Assembly: GCA_951406725.2 (NCBI GenBank)
Contig: OX597818.1
Coordinates: forward strand, 76,632,001-76,696,000
DNA from: Octopus vulgaris
Taxonomy: Eukaryota
Direction of reading: 5' to 3'
Length of the DNA stretch: 64,000 nucleotides
Below the pieces are notes generated by a model. It saw only the letters and a list, made by a program, of their open reading frames with translations. It ran no database searches and was not told the origin of the DNA. Each line of letters starts with the position of its first letter. The first letter of the stretch is position 1. Shown here piece by piece: positions 25,689 through 39,300 of this stretch. Made by a program: the position numbers and the translations under genes.

Positions 25689-26751
25689 TACATACATACA
25701 CACACACATACATACATACATGCATACATACACACAATGCATACATGCATACATACACACAATGCATACATGCATACATACATACATCATCACTTAATGT
25801 CTGTCTTTCATGCTGGCATAGATTACATGGTCTGACATGTCAGAGGACTACATCATATCCCAGTGCCAAATTTGGTATGGTTCTATGGCTGGATGTCCTG
25901 CCTAACACCAACCACTTTACAGAGTGTACTGGGTACTTTTTTCTCCCTCTTTGACACCAGTGAGGTCATAAGTAACTTGCAAGACAAGATTCTTCAAATG
26001 GGTGGGGGGTAGGGTATTAAGGGAGGTGACTTTATATTAGGTGTTAAAGTATGAAAGAGAGACAAGAGCAGATGTCTTGCTAGGGAGAAGAAACATGGCT
26101 ACCCCAACTGGTAATAAAGCAGAGATGATAATGAGGTGTCAAGAAATAACCTTAAGGTACTAGGTGAATATGAGAGAATAGGGATAGGATATCAGAAAGT
26201 TTGCAAGAGTGTGAAAGGAGAGAGATGGATGAATGGCTAGAGATGGTGATAGAGGTGAATGGTGAACATGAGGTGGTGCTGGTGTAGTTCATGTGGAAAG
26301 GTAAAGGAAATAGGAGTGGGTCAGGGAGAAGGTGGCAGTACAAAAAAGTTGAAGAGAAGATCAACAGTGTATTAAAACTAGTAGATGGGAACTAGTGAGA
26401 TGATGTGAAGTGTGAGGAGGTGAGAAAGGAATGCACTGTGACAGAGACTGTGGTCAGAGATACCTAGGGGTGGAAATAGTGAAAAAAGAACAGAGGTGGA
26501 AAGGTGGGCCATCAATGGCTGCTCAGGTGAAAGTGCCTTCTATGGAAAATAAAGTGGTAAGCAATGATGTTGAGAATATGGGTTGGGATGAAAGGAAATG
26601 GTTCCAAGGAAAGGGATAAAAAGCATTGGTCAGCCTGATGCTGAAGTAGAAGGTAGTTGCCCTTGATGCTATGCAGTATAAGCACATAGTTGCAAAACAA
26701 ACTTTTTAATCAGATAGTCATGCCCTCATCAATATATACACACACACACAC

Positions 26752-26795
<44 letters not shown>

Positions 26796-28249
26796 TCACA
26801 CACACACTGTTGCCATCCTGGGGCAGTAATGTAATAAATATATATAAATACACATGCACATATTTGTACTTGTTTGCAGCACCCATCTCTTCACATTTTT
26901 CTCAATTATGGTAATTGATGTCCCTTTCTTCACGCAATCTGATGATTGGGGACTGTTAAAGTTCTGAAACAACAAACATGTTATTATCCAATCCAATTAG
27001 CTCAATGGTTTTAATCCTATCTTGTTTTCATCTACATTTGTTGATAGTTATGTAACTTATTTGTTTTTCATTTTCCTCTTTACAAAATAACCACAGGTTA
27101 TAATAAAAAGTGAAGGCAAGTTGGTTCTGTGTATTTTTTTTTTAACTTTTTTTTTCTGATGCATCTCTTTGAAAATACAATGATATTGTTAGTGAAGTAT
27201 GCATTATTCAGGCCTTACGTTATTGTTCTTATTTTTGTTTCTTTTATTTCATGAGAAGCCAAGAACTTCTTATTAAACCAACTTTTAAAAGGATGTTTTA
27301 ATTTTAATGAATTAGAATAGATTAAATTTTAAGATACTTTTCGTTTCAGTTATTTACTCTTGGATTTGTTACTCTCTTGTGGATTTAAGTAGGAAAAAAT
27401 GGCTGAAACATACCAAAATAGAAATATGAAGAATATATAATGACCAAGCTCAAACCAAATTTATTCTGAAATGAAGCTTAGTATTTACATAAGAGAACCT
27501 TCCCCAACCCTTTGGATCATAATATAAAATGTATAAACCCCACCTCCTCCTTTGATTATGCTCTCAGTGTCAACTTGTTAGTTTTTATGATGCTTATTTA
27601 TTTTGAACTTTGGGAAAACAAGGTGCTTAAAGAGTCTCAGAGCAAAATGCTGGCCTTGTCATCCTTGATACTTCATTTTAACTGTTTGCTTAACTTCAGA
27701 GAAACCAATTTAAAAAATAAACAAGACACTCACGTGCGCGCACACACACACACAAACCAGAGACAGAGGGAAAAAATTAAAATTCCAGATTTACTTTTTA
27801 ACCATTTTTCTAAATAGTTTAAAGAATGTCCTCCTTAAAAGAGAAACACACAAAAGAAAAAGAAAAAAATGAAACTAGCTTCTTTTCTTGTTGGTAACTA
27901 AATCCTTTTTACATTTGACAAAATTCTTTGTATATTTTCATAATATCCCAGCTTTTCGTTTCTACCAAAGGTATTTGGTTGTGGTTTCTTTCTTTCTTTT
28001 TTGTTCTTTTTGTTGCCAAAATATTTCTTTTAAAGAAATTTGTCCTTCGTCCCTATTCCTATTGTTTGTGGCTGTGAGACATTGATTTATTTTCTTCTTT
28101 GACATTTTTTACTACTCAAATATGTTTTGTGAACCTAATATTTGTGGCCCCTTTGAAATAAAGCAAGGAAAGGGCTAAACTAGTACCAAACATCTCCTGA
28201 CCTCAAATGTAATGTAGCACAACCTGTTTCAATATGTATTTAATCAGTT

Positions 28250-28480
28250 CAATCCTTTTGTTACCATTGTTTCTGCTGAAATATACTGCATTTCTTTTCA
28301 ACTAGTTTTGAAAAGAAAGAGAATTTAGTTGAACTACTTTACCATTATTAAACTGTTTTTTTAGAATGTAAATTAACATGAAATTTTCATGTTAATCGTT
28401 TTAAAGATTACTTTCAAAAATGAAGTTTGTATCATAGAACCAAGAGCAGTCTAGAGCAGGTTTGCTATCATAAGGGATAA
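28250..28480 (+). mobile_element. piggyBac-like MITE (~230 bp)
   Basis: Ends ccttttgttacca...tatcataagggataa; reverse-orientation copies at ~45075-45300 and ~63533-63750. Confidence 0.6.
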
Positions 28481-28959
28481 ACAGTTACACTGTTCATCCC
28501 TTAGTGTGTCTGTGTAAAAAATATGTAAAGGTGACAAATTGGCAGAATCATAAGAGTGTTAGATAGAATGCTCCTCAGCAGGTATTCCAATTCTCTGCAC
28601 ACTGAGTTCAAAACCCACTGAGGTAATTTTTGCCTTTCATCTTTTCAGAGCCAATTAAAAGGTTTAAATTTAGGCACTAGTTTGGTGGAACTGTTAGAGA
28701 GCCCAATAAGATACCTTGTGGTGTCTTCCATATCTTTGCTTTATGGCTGTAGTGCCCAAGGTAACACTTGATACCAAACTTTATTGGCTCAAGTCAGTGT
28801 CCTTTCTCTTGAATGAATAACATTGGTGTGGAAAAGGAAAACTTGCATGCTTAGGCAACTGCCAAACTTTTTCATAAAGTCTTGCCCAGGCTTTCACATG
28901 TGCAGAGCCATGATTAACATTGCTCAGTTAAGGCCCTATTTAATTATGAATTCTGTACT

Positions 28960-29310
28960 ATAGGCACAGGCAGTTGTGTGGTAAGAATTTGCTTTCCAAC
29001 CACATGGTCCCGGGTTCAGTCACACTGTGTGCCACCTTGGGCAAGTACCTTCTACTGTAGCCTTGGGCCAACCAAAGCCTTGTGAATAGATTTGTTAAAC
29101 AGAAACTGAAAGAAACCAATCGTGTGTGTGCCTGCATTTGCCCACCACCACTACTTGACAACCAGTGTTGGTGTGTTTACATTTCTGTAACTTACCAGTT
29201 CAGCAAAAGAAACAAACAGAATAAGTATCAGGTTTTACAAAAAAAAAAAAGTTCTAGAGTTGATTCATTTGACTAAAATCCCTCAAGGCAGTGCCCCAAC
29301 ATGGCCACAG
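28960..29310 (+). mobile_element. SINE family A
   Basis: Full head taggcacaggcagttgtgtggtaagaa...cccgggttcagtcacactg and 3' half present. Confidence 0.85.
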
Positions 29311-31194
29311 ATTATACTTTTAGGCTTTGCTTTCATAATTTATGTATCTTAAAGTAAGACAATTTGATTGATTACATTTCTCACTGAACCTTATTCACTG
29401 GAGAATTTCAAAGCAGAGCTGCAGATAAACACTATGCTAGAAATAACAGCCACACTTTCAGAAATAACACTAAACTTTGCGAAAAAAAAAAAAAAGAATA
29501 TTTTTAAATGGAAGGATTCATTGGATAGTGTAGTTTCAGGTATTGTGTGTCTGAAAACAAGGTGGAATAGTCATCATTTGAATCTCTTTCACTATACACC
29601 TGCTCAATCACATTTGAGCTGGAACATCAACGCTTGTCAGTTATTAATTATTACTTGCAATTACCATTATTTACAACTAGGACTGAGTCAGTGGTTCTTT
29701 ATCTAGCCTCCTTTAAGGGGGTATTGTATGCTCGCAAGGAGACCAGTAAACATTAATGGGACAAAGGATGTTTAGCAGGTGGGGGTTGATTTTTCTTAGA
29801 CTTAAAAATTTTAAGCCTGATTCATTATATTTTGAAGCTAAGGTGAAACACCATTTTGTTATATAAAGTCCTTGCTTTCCTTTGTATTTCCATAAAACCT
29901 CTAACGTAAGAGGCACTTAATTCAGTGGTATCCACTTTGCTGTTAGCATTTGAACCAGTTCTGCAGTGTGATGATATTCTTGGAGGCCCTGTAAAGAGTC
30001 GTAGGCACTGTTGTATCTCTTCACTAAGTAATGAAAGGAAAAGAACATGCAAATATCAGTGGAATTCTGGTTTAAGCACCCCATATAACCCCTCATAACT
30101 TATTATTTTTTTGCGAATTTGTGTTCTACACACAGGAATTCATGTAATTATGAAAAAAAAATTTTTTTGTGTGTGTGTAATTTGAGGACAATTTAGTTGT
30201 CATTTTTAGCACATCTCGTGACCACCTGATACCTTCCTCATTTCATTTTTTGTCACTCTGACATGTATTGATTTTTTTTCAATATTTTTCTTCCCATAGT
30301 CACATTTGATGAAATGATAATGTACCCAAGGGTGGTCCAATGCTGAGATTTAAGCAAAAAATTTGGATTGTCCATATTAAAAAACAAATTTGGATTGTCC
30401 ATATTGAAAAAACTCTGATTAAAAAAACAAAATTCGATAAGGAGGGAAAATTTTAGGATTTATGGGGAGGGGGAGGGGTTTAAAAAATTAAAAACCTTTT
30501 TTTTTTTAATAATTGTATGAATTCTTGTGTGTAGAACACAAATTTACAAAAATTTTCTGAAACTTCCAAAAAATTTTTAAAAAGCAGCACATACAGAATA
30601 GGAAAATGAATTAGCTTCTTTTGATTAAGATATATATTTTTTTAGCAAAACATGAGCAGTTGAATGGGGGTCATTTGTAAAACCCCATTCTATGTAAAGG
30701 ACATACTGTGCTACAAAAGGTTGAGGCTTATCTGAGTAGATGATGATGGTCAGAGATAAAATTTAAGTCATCATCAATGTGTGGCCCCTTGATGCCATAT
30801 CTACTCCGTTGATTAACTATACCATTATATCAATTATTATTACTACTACTGTAAATGTTTTTATTTCATAAAGTTATTAATAAATCAGAAAATACCAGTT
30901 AAAAATAATACTATTGATGTCACTTTTTTTTTTTTTTTTGTTTTCTGTTTCAGTTAATTATCTTGGCTTTTCATCATAAAACATTTGAAATAATATATCA
31001 TGTTCAAATATGAAATACAAAAGTTAGATTTCAAAGAGAGAAAAACAAAAATAATAAAAAAAGTTAACTAATATTGTTTTTGTTCTTTTTATTTTTTTAG
31101 TTCCTACTGGCATTGATATATTTCCTCTATGTTGTTATACCTGTACACTGAACAAGGCAACAACTTTGGTAGTGTAGTTAACTATGAAGTACAG

Positions 31195-31460
31195 CATACC
31201 ACCACCACAGTCTTCATCACAACCTGACCATCAGCACCACCTCCACTGACACCACCACAAAAAACAGCACCTCCATCACTCACAACAACTTCCACCACCA
31301 CTATCTCTACCACCTCCACGACAATCACCATCAACCCAACTTCAACCTCCACCATTACAATCAATCCACTACAACCTCCACCACTACAACTACCACCGAC
31401 ATCGCAACAACTACCACTACCACAGCAATCAACACCTCCAGCAATACCTTAACTGCCACC
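31195..31460. repeat. Degenerate (CCA/ACA)n low-complexity tract
   Basis: Directly visible; interrupted by stop codons in the Thr/Pro frames. Confidence 0.8.
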
Positions 31461-32213
31461 ACTTCACTCTCCTCTTGTCATCTCTTCTATGTCTCACCTC
31501 ACTTTACCCAAACATTTCTTAGAATATTAGCTTCAAATGTTGGCACTAGGCTAGCAAGTTCGGGATTACATCAGTCACTCAATTACATCAACCCTAGTGC
31601 TCAACTGGTACTTATTTTATTGGCCCCAGAAGGATAAAAGGCAAAGTTGATCCTCGTGGAATTTGAACTTAGAACATAATTTGGATGAAATGCTGCTAAG
31701 CATTCTGCCCAACATGCTAACAATTCTATCAGCTCACTGCCTTGCCTCTCTTAGAATATTCCATACAAACATTTGACTCGCTGAAGTTTAAACTGAGCAT
31801 CAGTGACATCAATGTCACCAGTCCTGGTGGTTCTACAAAGCTCAGGAGCACCCCTCCTTTTCCCCCTCAACTAATTAGTGTGTTTTGAGGATGTAATTTC
31901 TAGAAAAATCAGTTTGGTTTTGTTAAGACACCAGTTTATGGAATTGTTGTCATTAAGTTGTCTAGTGAATGAAGGCTGTCTTGCAGAAATGTTATCAATT
32001 CAAAAATCTGGAGAAATTTGAATGTGTGTGTTTTCTTTATGGCTGATGTGCCTAGGTTTGTCCTGACTAGAACTGGCCATTCTGTAGTCCCAGATTGTAC
32101 CTGTGGTCAAACAGTCTTGCTTACAGGCTACAGTTTATTTCATGATATGATCTGTGAATGGGTTTTGTTGGAATATCAGCTGCTTTTGTTGATATCTACA
32201 CTACCTCGTGTTA

Positions 32214-32590
32214 TCTTTTATTTGTTTCAGTCATTTGACTATGGCCATGGTGGGGTACTACCTTGAAGAAATTTTCATTGAAAGAATTGACCTCAGAACT
32301 TTTTGGGTTTTTTTTTTTTTTGTTAAGCCTGGTACTTATTCTATAGGTCTCTTTTGCCAAACTGATAAGTTATGAGTATGTAAGCACACCAACACCAGTC
32401 AAGCAGTGGTGGAGGACAAACACAAAGACACACATACATGACTAGCTTCTTTCAGTTTCCATTTACCAAATCCACTTGTAAGGCTTTGGTTGGCCCAAGG
32501 CTGTGATAAAAGACACTTTCCCAAGGTGGCACACAGTGGAACTGAACCTGGAACCAAGTGGTTGGGAAGCAAACTTCTTACTACACAATC
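32214..32590 (-). mobile_element. SINE family A
   Basis: Collinear with 40205-40592; further copies at 2518-2680, 35141-35550, 43678-44057 and 56545-56702. Confidence 0.8.
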
Positions 32591-34739
32591 ACACTGTTGT
32601 TTTTTTTTTCTTTTTCACAACATGGTTGTTGTTACAATTGAGTGAATAGTAACCCCCTACCCCATAACAGTGTTTAATTGTAAGTTTAAGTAAAATGGTT
32701 GAGAGGATTAGTCAAATGGATATGTGAATGGAATTCACTGTGTCTGCGTAATGTTTTTGTAATTAGTTTTTCTTTGTTACTTCAATGGTTTTTTTGGGTT
32801 GTTTTTTTTTTTTTGCTGATAGCTTCTCCATGTTTGTTTTAGAATCTGTATGATGTAGTATTTTCACATGATGATGATGCTTGTCCTTACCTGATGGATT
32901 TTAACTCTGGGTTTCAAGGGGTTTTCTAGGACAGATATATTTTCCAGGCTATCTGTGCTGATATGTTATATGTATCATATCATTTATATTATATGCTCCT
33001 TGCAGAGCTAGTCTGTTAACTTTTATGTTATTATTTTTTCTTGAGCTATAAAGAAGGAGCTAATAAAGCTAAGTAATCACTTGTAGAAGATATTATATTT
33101 ACTTATAAACCTTCCAATTAAAACATTATTTTGTGCTACAAATCTATTGCAATTACTGGTTAAATATGATTATGTAGTTTTAGTTTAAACTAACCATTGT
33201 CATTGACTGGAATTTCTAAGAACCCCAGAAGGTCAAGGAGTGAAATACTAACACCATTTTCTTTGACTTTCAAAGAACTCTGTCACCTCAAGTTCTAGTC
33301 AGAGACTTGTTGACACCGTTTTAGTATTATAATCAGTCTCTCTTAATAAAGTAGATATATTAAACCATAGTTTCACTCACTCAACTCATTAACATTATTG
33401 GTTTGGCTGTACAGTCATATCCTTCATTAAAACCATGTGGTATCTCAGCTTGGAGTTTCTTTGTGCTCTGTATTTTAAGATAATGGAGCTTTAATATACG
33501 TAATTTTCATCTGATATAGATCTATTCACATTACTTAAGATTTATTTATTAATTATAGTGCTATATCTGTTAAACAATCTGAGCTGATGCTCCCAAATCA
33601 AACAAGTAACAGGGCACATCCCAGTTTCTGAGTAGAGTCATTCATTGGATTAAAAATCCAACCAATGGTAACCCTGCCATCCTGCTAAGCATCTAGGTAT
33701 CAAAGAAGTTCAGATGACTCCTAAGGGCCCCAGACAGTCTCCAAGTCTTACAATGATAGAACAAGACAGGGAATATCAAAGACCTAAAGACTCAAACCTT
33801 TGTCCTCCTGCACTGATATCAGCAGTACCAGACACCCTTGTCCAGCAAGTTCACAACTGCACCAGGTCATCCCAGTCTTTTTAGGACTTCAGACTCACAG
33901 CTAATGATGCTATGAGTCTCACTACTAAGATAAGTGAAACAGTCAACAAAGTCAACATTCTCACCCACAATGGAGACACGAGGTGAAGTCCTCCAAGAAG
34001 CCAACAAAAGACTGGATCTTAACCTAAGAGACTCTAAGGCCAAGTGATTCTACTTCATCAGTGAAAGTAGGGCTTTCCTTAAGACTTCCAAAGACTCAGC
34101 AACAGTGTGATCAGCAAAATCTAGATCGGTAATCCTAGTTTCACCAATGAATGCACCATAACTTGATTGAGTCACAGTTCGGCCAATTATCCAATTTATG
34201 CAGGCTTTAACACAGACAGTTTGGCCAGGTTGCTTGATTTTCTGAATTAGACCCTGCTTATTGTGTTGTCTTCACTGAGGATCCAGCTGGGTTGACAGCT
34301 TGTGTTGGTTGACCACATGCCTTGTGTTCACATCAGAGGAGGAGGTATCTCGTGGAGATGTAGACTGACTGGGACTCTGTTCATCACCAGGAGGACCCAG
34401 GAATATAGCAACTAATAGTGGATGCAGCAACATGCTACAATCACGCATGCCCCCCACACCTACCATATATCTGTCAACCTATGATCAACTTTTTCTTTGC
34501 TCCTTAAAAGTGTTCTTGTCCTTTATTTCTGTACTCTCCTCTGAATCACACTGGTAAGAGAAAACATAGCAGCCTGCCAGGAACTTAGAAAATATATATA
34601 TTTAGCCTTGTACTTTGGAAGTATGTATATGTGTGAAACCTAGAAATATGTGATACTTGCAGATATGTTGATTGCTGAATTAGGAGGGTTTACAGGAGAG
34701 TGAGGAGGGGAATTGAAAAGTAGACCCAACAAAAGGACC

Positions 34740-34955
34740 AACCTTTGAATCTGCCAGTGTAATTAAGGACATGCAGGCAGGAAATATAACTGGTCCATCA
34801 AAGATAGTTCCTAAGATAATGAAAGTATCTGGCAAAGTAGGGCTCATACTAGTTTGCAGCATCACTAAAATCAGAATTATGTTAGATGAGATGCAGTTCA
34901 AGTTCGTTCTAGGAAAAGGTACTCCTAATGCCCACTTTGTTGTAAGATAACTGTC
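34740..34955 (+). mobile_element. RTE-like RT N-terminal fragment
   Basis: LDEMQFKFVLGKGTPNAHFVVR*L matches the LINE RT motif QFGFxxGRGTTDAIFxVRQL. Confidence 0.6.
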
Positions 34956-35371
34956 TCTATGGTACTAGTTGATGAGGGATTACATCCTTGTTTGGCTTCG
35001 TGAAGGATTTCCTGGTAATTGGTGGTTAGGGTGGGGATGGATGCAGTAGCACAAAGCAGATGCACACAGTTTTCCTGTTAACAATAAATGAATGCAGAAT
35101 ATGCATGTGTGTGTATGTGTGAGTGCACACACACACACATCTTGTTTCAGTCATTAGACTGCAGTCATGATGAAGCACCACTTTAAAGAATTTTGGTCAA
35201 ACAAATTGACCCCAGTACTTACTTTCTTTTTTTCTGAAAGCCTGGTACTTATTTTATTAGTCCCTTTTGCCAAACTGCTATATTACAAGAACATAAAAAT
35301 ACCAACACCAATTGTCAAGTGATGATAGGACACACACACAATCTCTCTCTCTCTCATATACATACACACAC

Positions 35372-35419
<48 letters not shown>

Positions 35420-36736
35420 TGACGAAGTTCTTTCAGTTTCCAACCATCAAATTCACTCACATGGCCTTGGTCAGCCCGAGGCTAAAATAAAAGTCACTTT
35501 CCCAGGATGTTACACAGAGTGGTACTGAACCAAGAACTATGTGGTTGGGATGCAGGCAAGAAGAGGCACAGACGTATCTTTATGAATATAGGGTTTGCTT
35601 TATGACCACTTGGTCCTGAGTTGTTCTTCACTGCTCAGCACACTGAGCAAGTGCATTCTACTTTGGTCTCAGGTTGATCAATGCCTTGAGTGAAACTGAT
35701 CATTGGAAAGTGTGTGTGTATGTGCGTGTGTGTGTGCATGCGCATGTTTATAAATGTATTTATGTGCATGTCTGGGTGTGAATGCTTACATTCCCTTGTA
35801 AACAATGTCTTGCAGCTCAGCACTTTTCAACTTGTAATGATTGATGAAGTAAAATTTTTTTAAAATTCAATGAAAAACTGGTGGGAGTTGGTGACAGGAA
35901 AAGCATCCTGCCATAGAATACTGCTTCAGTAAGTCTCTGTCCATCTTCAATACAGCCATAGAAAAGTCAATGTAAAGTGAAGGAAGGCATTTGTCTATAT
36001 GTATGTATTTATGTAAATATGTATGCATATGCATTAGCATGTGAATGAATACATTGGTATGGAGAAGATTAATGTGTCAATGAAAATATATAACTTAGTG
36101 TTGTTGTTGCAGTGCTGGTCCAGAGGGAAGTGCTGTTTTATGAGCAATGGTTTCATCTGCAGTGAAATTGCTTGTGTATAATGTGTATGACAAATGTCAG
36201 AAGATTAAGAACTGTTGGTATCATTGGTAGGTAGATAGCTAGGTGGATAGGTGGCTGTGTATGTAGGTAGCTGCAGTAGTTATCTTAAACAGATTTCACT
36301 TCTCTCAAGTGGCTTTTCCTTCATTCTTTTATCTTCAAACTTTATCTATTTATCTGTCTCTCCCCACACACAAATAATAATAATAGTAGCAGTGATGGTG
36401 GTAGTAGTAGTAGTAGTAGTTTCAAATTTTGGTGTGAGGCCAACAGATTGAGGAAAGGGGGCAAGTTGATTACATTGATCCCACTCTTCAACTGAATGGA
36501 TGAAAGGTAAAGTCAATATTGGCAGGATTTGAACTCAGAATGTAGAGTTGGAAGAAATACTGCTAAGTATTTTATCTGATGCACTATTCTGCCAGCTCAC
36601 CATTTTAATAATAGTAATAATAATAGTGATGATGATGATGATGATGACAATGATATCAATGTTTAAATTTCCTTACATTCTACATATTAGATAGAATTAC
36701 GTTTCTCTCTTGGTTTTGATATGTAATGTCTTAGGA

Positions 36737-37150
36737 CACAGGTTCTCAACATGAGGTGCCTGTAACCCCCTGGAGGTGTCATATGGCGTTTCATGGGGTG
36801 CTACAAAGAGAGAAAGTATGTATCTTAAAATCGTTTTTCAGAATAAAAGTATTAACTATTAAAAATAACATTATTCTGTCAAGCATAACAAGAACTTTTA
36901 CTTTTAATAAAAGTATATATTATTTTTAATTCAATTTGATCACCCACAGAGCTGCATGTGGTTCAATGCAAAAAGGAAAGTAAATTAGTTAATAAGAAAA
37001 TCGACTTTTTCATGTTCAAATGTGATGTTACTTTTTGTAGATGGTGGATGTAAAAATTGATTAAATATTACCTAAGGATGCAGGGCAGACAAAAATTTTG
37101 GACATGGTGTCTTACAAGCTACTCTAAAGTAGCTGTAAGTAAACCTGCTG
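36737..37150. mobile_element. Degenerate hAT-like non-autonomous element
   Basis: Left end cacaggttctcaacatgaggtgcc..accccctggaggtgtc resembles hAT MITE termini; right end poorly preserved. Confidence 0.4.
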
Positions 37151-37860
37151 GATGGTGCAGTCTCTCTACCTGGAGACATTACTCTTGGAATGTGTTACTA
37201 TTCAGTGTTCCTCTGTTGTCATTTTATAACACTATAACACTAATTAGTTAGATGCATTAGTAATTAAATAATTGTTAACACAGTACACTTATGTGTGGAT
37301 GTATATATCATCATCATTTTAACTATCACTTTTCCCTGCTTCCATAAGTCAGATGGAATTTGTTGTGGCAGATTCTCTATTATTGGATGCAAGTGAATTT
37401 TCTATAGTCAGATGCCCTTCCTGTCACCAACACTTACCTGTTTTTAAGTAAAGTAATATTTTCCCATGACCTGACATATCTCAGAAGACTGGAAATGAAG
37501 GGCACCATCCAACTATTACACGATGACAAAACAAGGAGACGGCAATGCACACGCAAACACACTCGTGTATGTGTATATACACACATACGCACTCAATAGG
37601 CTTTTTTCAGTTTTTGTATATCAAATTCACAAGGCTTTAGTTGGCTTGGTGCCATGAAATGGGACTGAACTCAAATCCATGTTGTTGAGAAGCAAGCTTC
37701 TTACCACATAGTCATGCCTGCACCTGTAATGTGTGTGTGCATGTGTGATATGTCAAAGGCACCTGGTACACTCTGGTGTGGTTGGTGTTAGGAAGGGCAT
37801 CCAGCTATAGAGAGAAAGCCAAAACAGACTGCAGCCTGTATATATATATATATATATATA

Positions 37861-38200
37861 TTTCATTTTTGGATTTGGTTTGCAAGATTCTTTATGTGAG
37901 TTCATGTGTTGAAGCATATTCTGTTGTGTCTGGAGAGAGTCACTTTCTTTTTATGCCTTATAATTTAACACACTCACCGGTAAAATTTCCACTTATTTCT
38001 TATTTTTATTTTCCTAAAATTTTCGTTGCGTCTTGCAATCTTTTCAATAGTCTTGACTCTGTCCATTATTTACACTGCGTTCCTTTTTGTTTGTTTGTGT
38101 GTGTGTGTGTTTTGCAACTATGTACTGTGTTTGTATATATGGATGTGCATCTCCATATGTGTGGACATGTGTCTCCATATGTGTCCTTGTGTGAAGTAAA

Positions 38201-38231
<31 letters not shown>

Positions 38232-39300
38232 GTCATGTTTTTCAGTCTCCATTTACGTATGTGTTCTTGTCTGTTCATATAACCTATGTACCTATCCGTC
38301 TGTATATTGATTTGTTTATTTTCATATCCATATGCTTACATACATGTGCATATAAACATATACGTATACCCACCTATACACACACACATACATACATCTA
38401 TCTACATAACAGCCCACTAACTATTCTACTCTACCTGTGTAAACTGTGGGTATGAAGACTCCGGGAGTACGTCCTTATAAATGAAACTTTCCCAATACTA
38501 AATTGGAAATATACGTAGTAGATATCATATCCCCATACCCACAGTTTACACAGGTAGAGTAGAATAGTTAGTGGGCTGTTATGTAGATAGATGTATGTGT
38601 GTGGGTGGGTGTATTTATATATGTGTATATGCACATGTATGTAAGCATATGGATATGAAATTAAATAGATCAACATACAGACGGATAGGTACATAGGTTA
38701 TATAAACAGATGTGCACACATATGCAAATGGAGACTGAAACACATGACCATATATACATGTGCACTTTACTTCACACAAAGACACATATGAAGACACATA
38801 TACACACATATGGAGATGCACAACCATACATACAAACACAGTACATAGTTGCAAAACACACACACACTCAGACATGCACACACACATACATAAAAAATAC
38901 GCAAACACGGACATGCAAGCACATGAATATGCAGAATACATACATACAGGTGCACACAAATACATACATATATATACATATGCATACACACACATATACA
39001 TGCACACACACACATACATACATACATACATACATACATACGTGCGTGCGTGCGTGCATGCATGTATGTATGTATGCATGCATGCATAGGCACACACACT
39101 CGCTGACCCACACACATGCACACAAACAAACAAAAAGGAACGTAGTGTAAATAATGGACAGAGTCAAGACTATTGAAAACATTGCAAGACGCAATGAAAG
39201 TTTTAGGAAAATAAAAATAAGAAATAAGAGGAAATTTTACTGGTGTGTGTTAAATTATAAGGCACAGAAACAAAATGACTCTCCCCAGACACAACAGTAT
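37861..39300. mobile_element. ~1.4-kb palindrome built from two inverted Penelope-like terminal segments
   Basis: Left arm ~37917-38454 and right arm 38534-~39300 are reverse complements (right arm has ~230 extra bp of simple repeat); 79-bp spacer; a hammerhead-like motif in each arm; flanked by (TA)n. Confidence 0.8.
38014..38050 (-). ncRNA. Minimal hammerhead-like motif, U3:A8 core variant
   Basis: Minus strand: cta TTGAAAA g attgc aagac gcaac GAAA a ttt tag; palindromic stem III AAUU; second copy on + at 39170-39206. Confidence 0.5.

Noticed and set aside
29825-30052. Minus-strand exon or ORF EEIQQCLRLFTGPPRISSHC...
   Set aside because: An acceptor-like sequence is present but there is no convincing donor or homology, and it lies in a probable transposon remnant.
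31195-31460. Mucin-like Thr/Pro exon
   Set aside because: Degenerate trinucleotide repeat with in-frame stops and no bracketing splice sites.
38066-39194. Long overlapping ORFs rich in H/T/Y/I or C/V/M (also 5915-6295, 17367-17663, 25588-25954)
   Set aside because: Stop-free frames of (CA)/(TG)/(TA) microsatellites.
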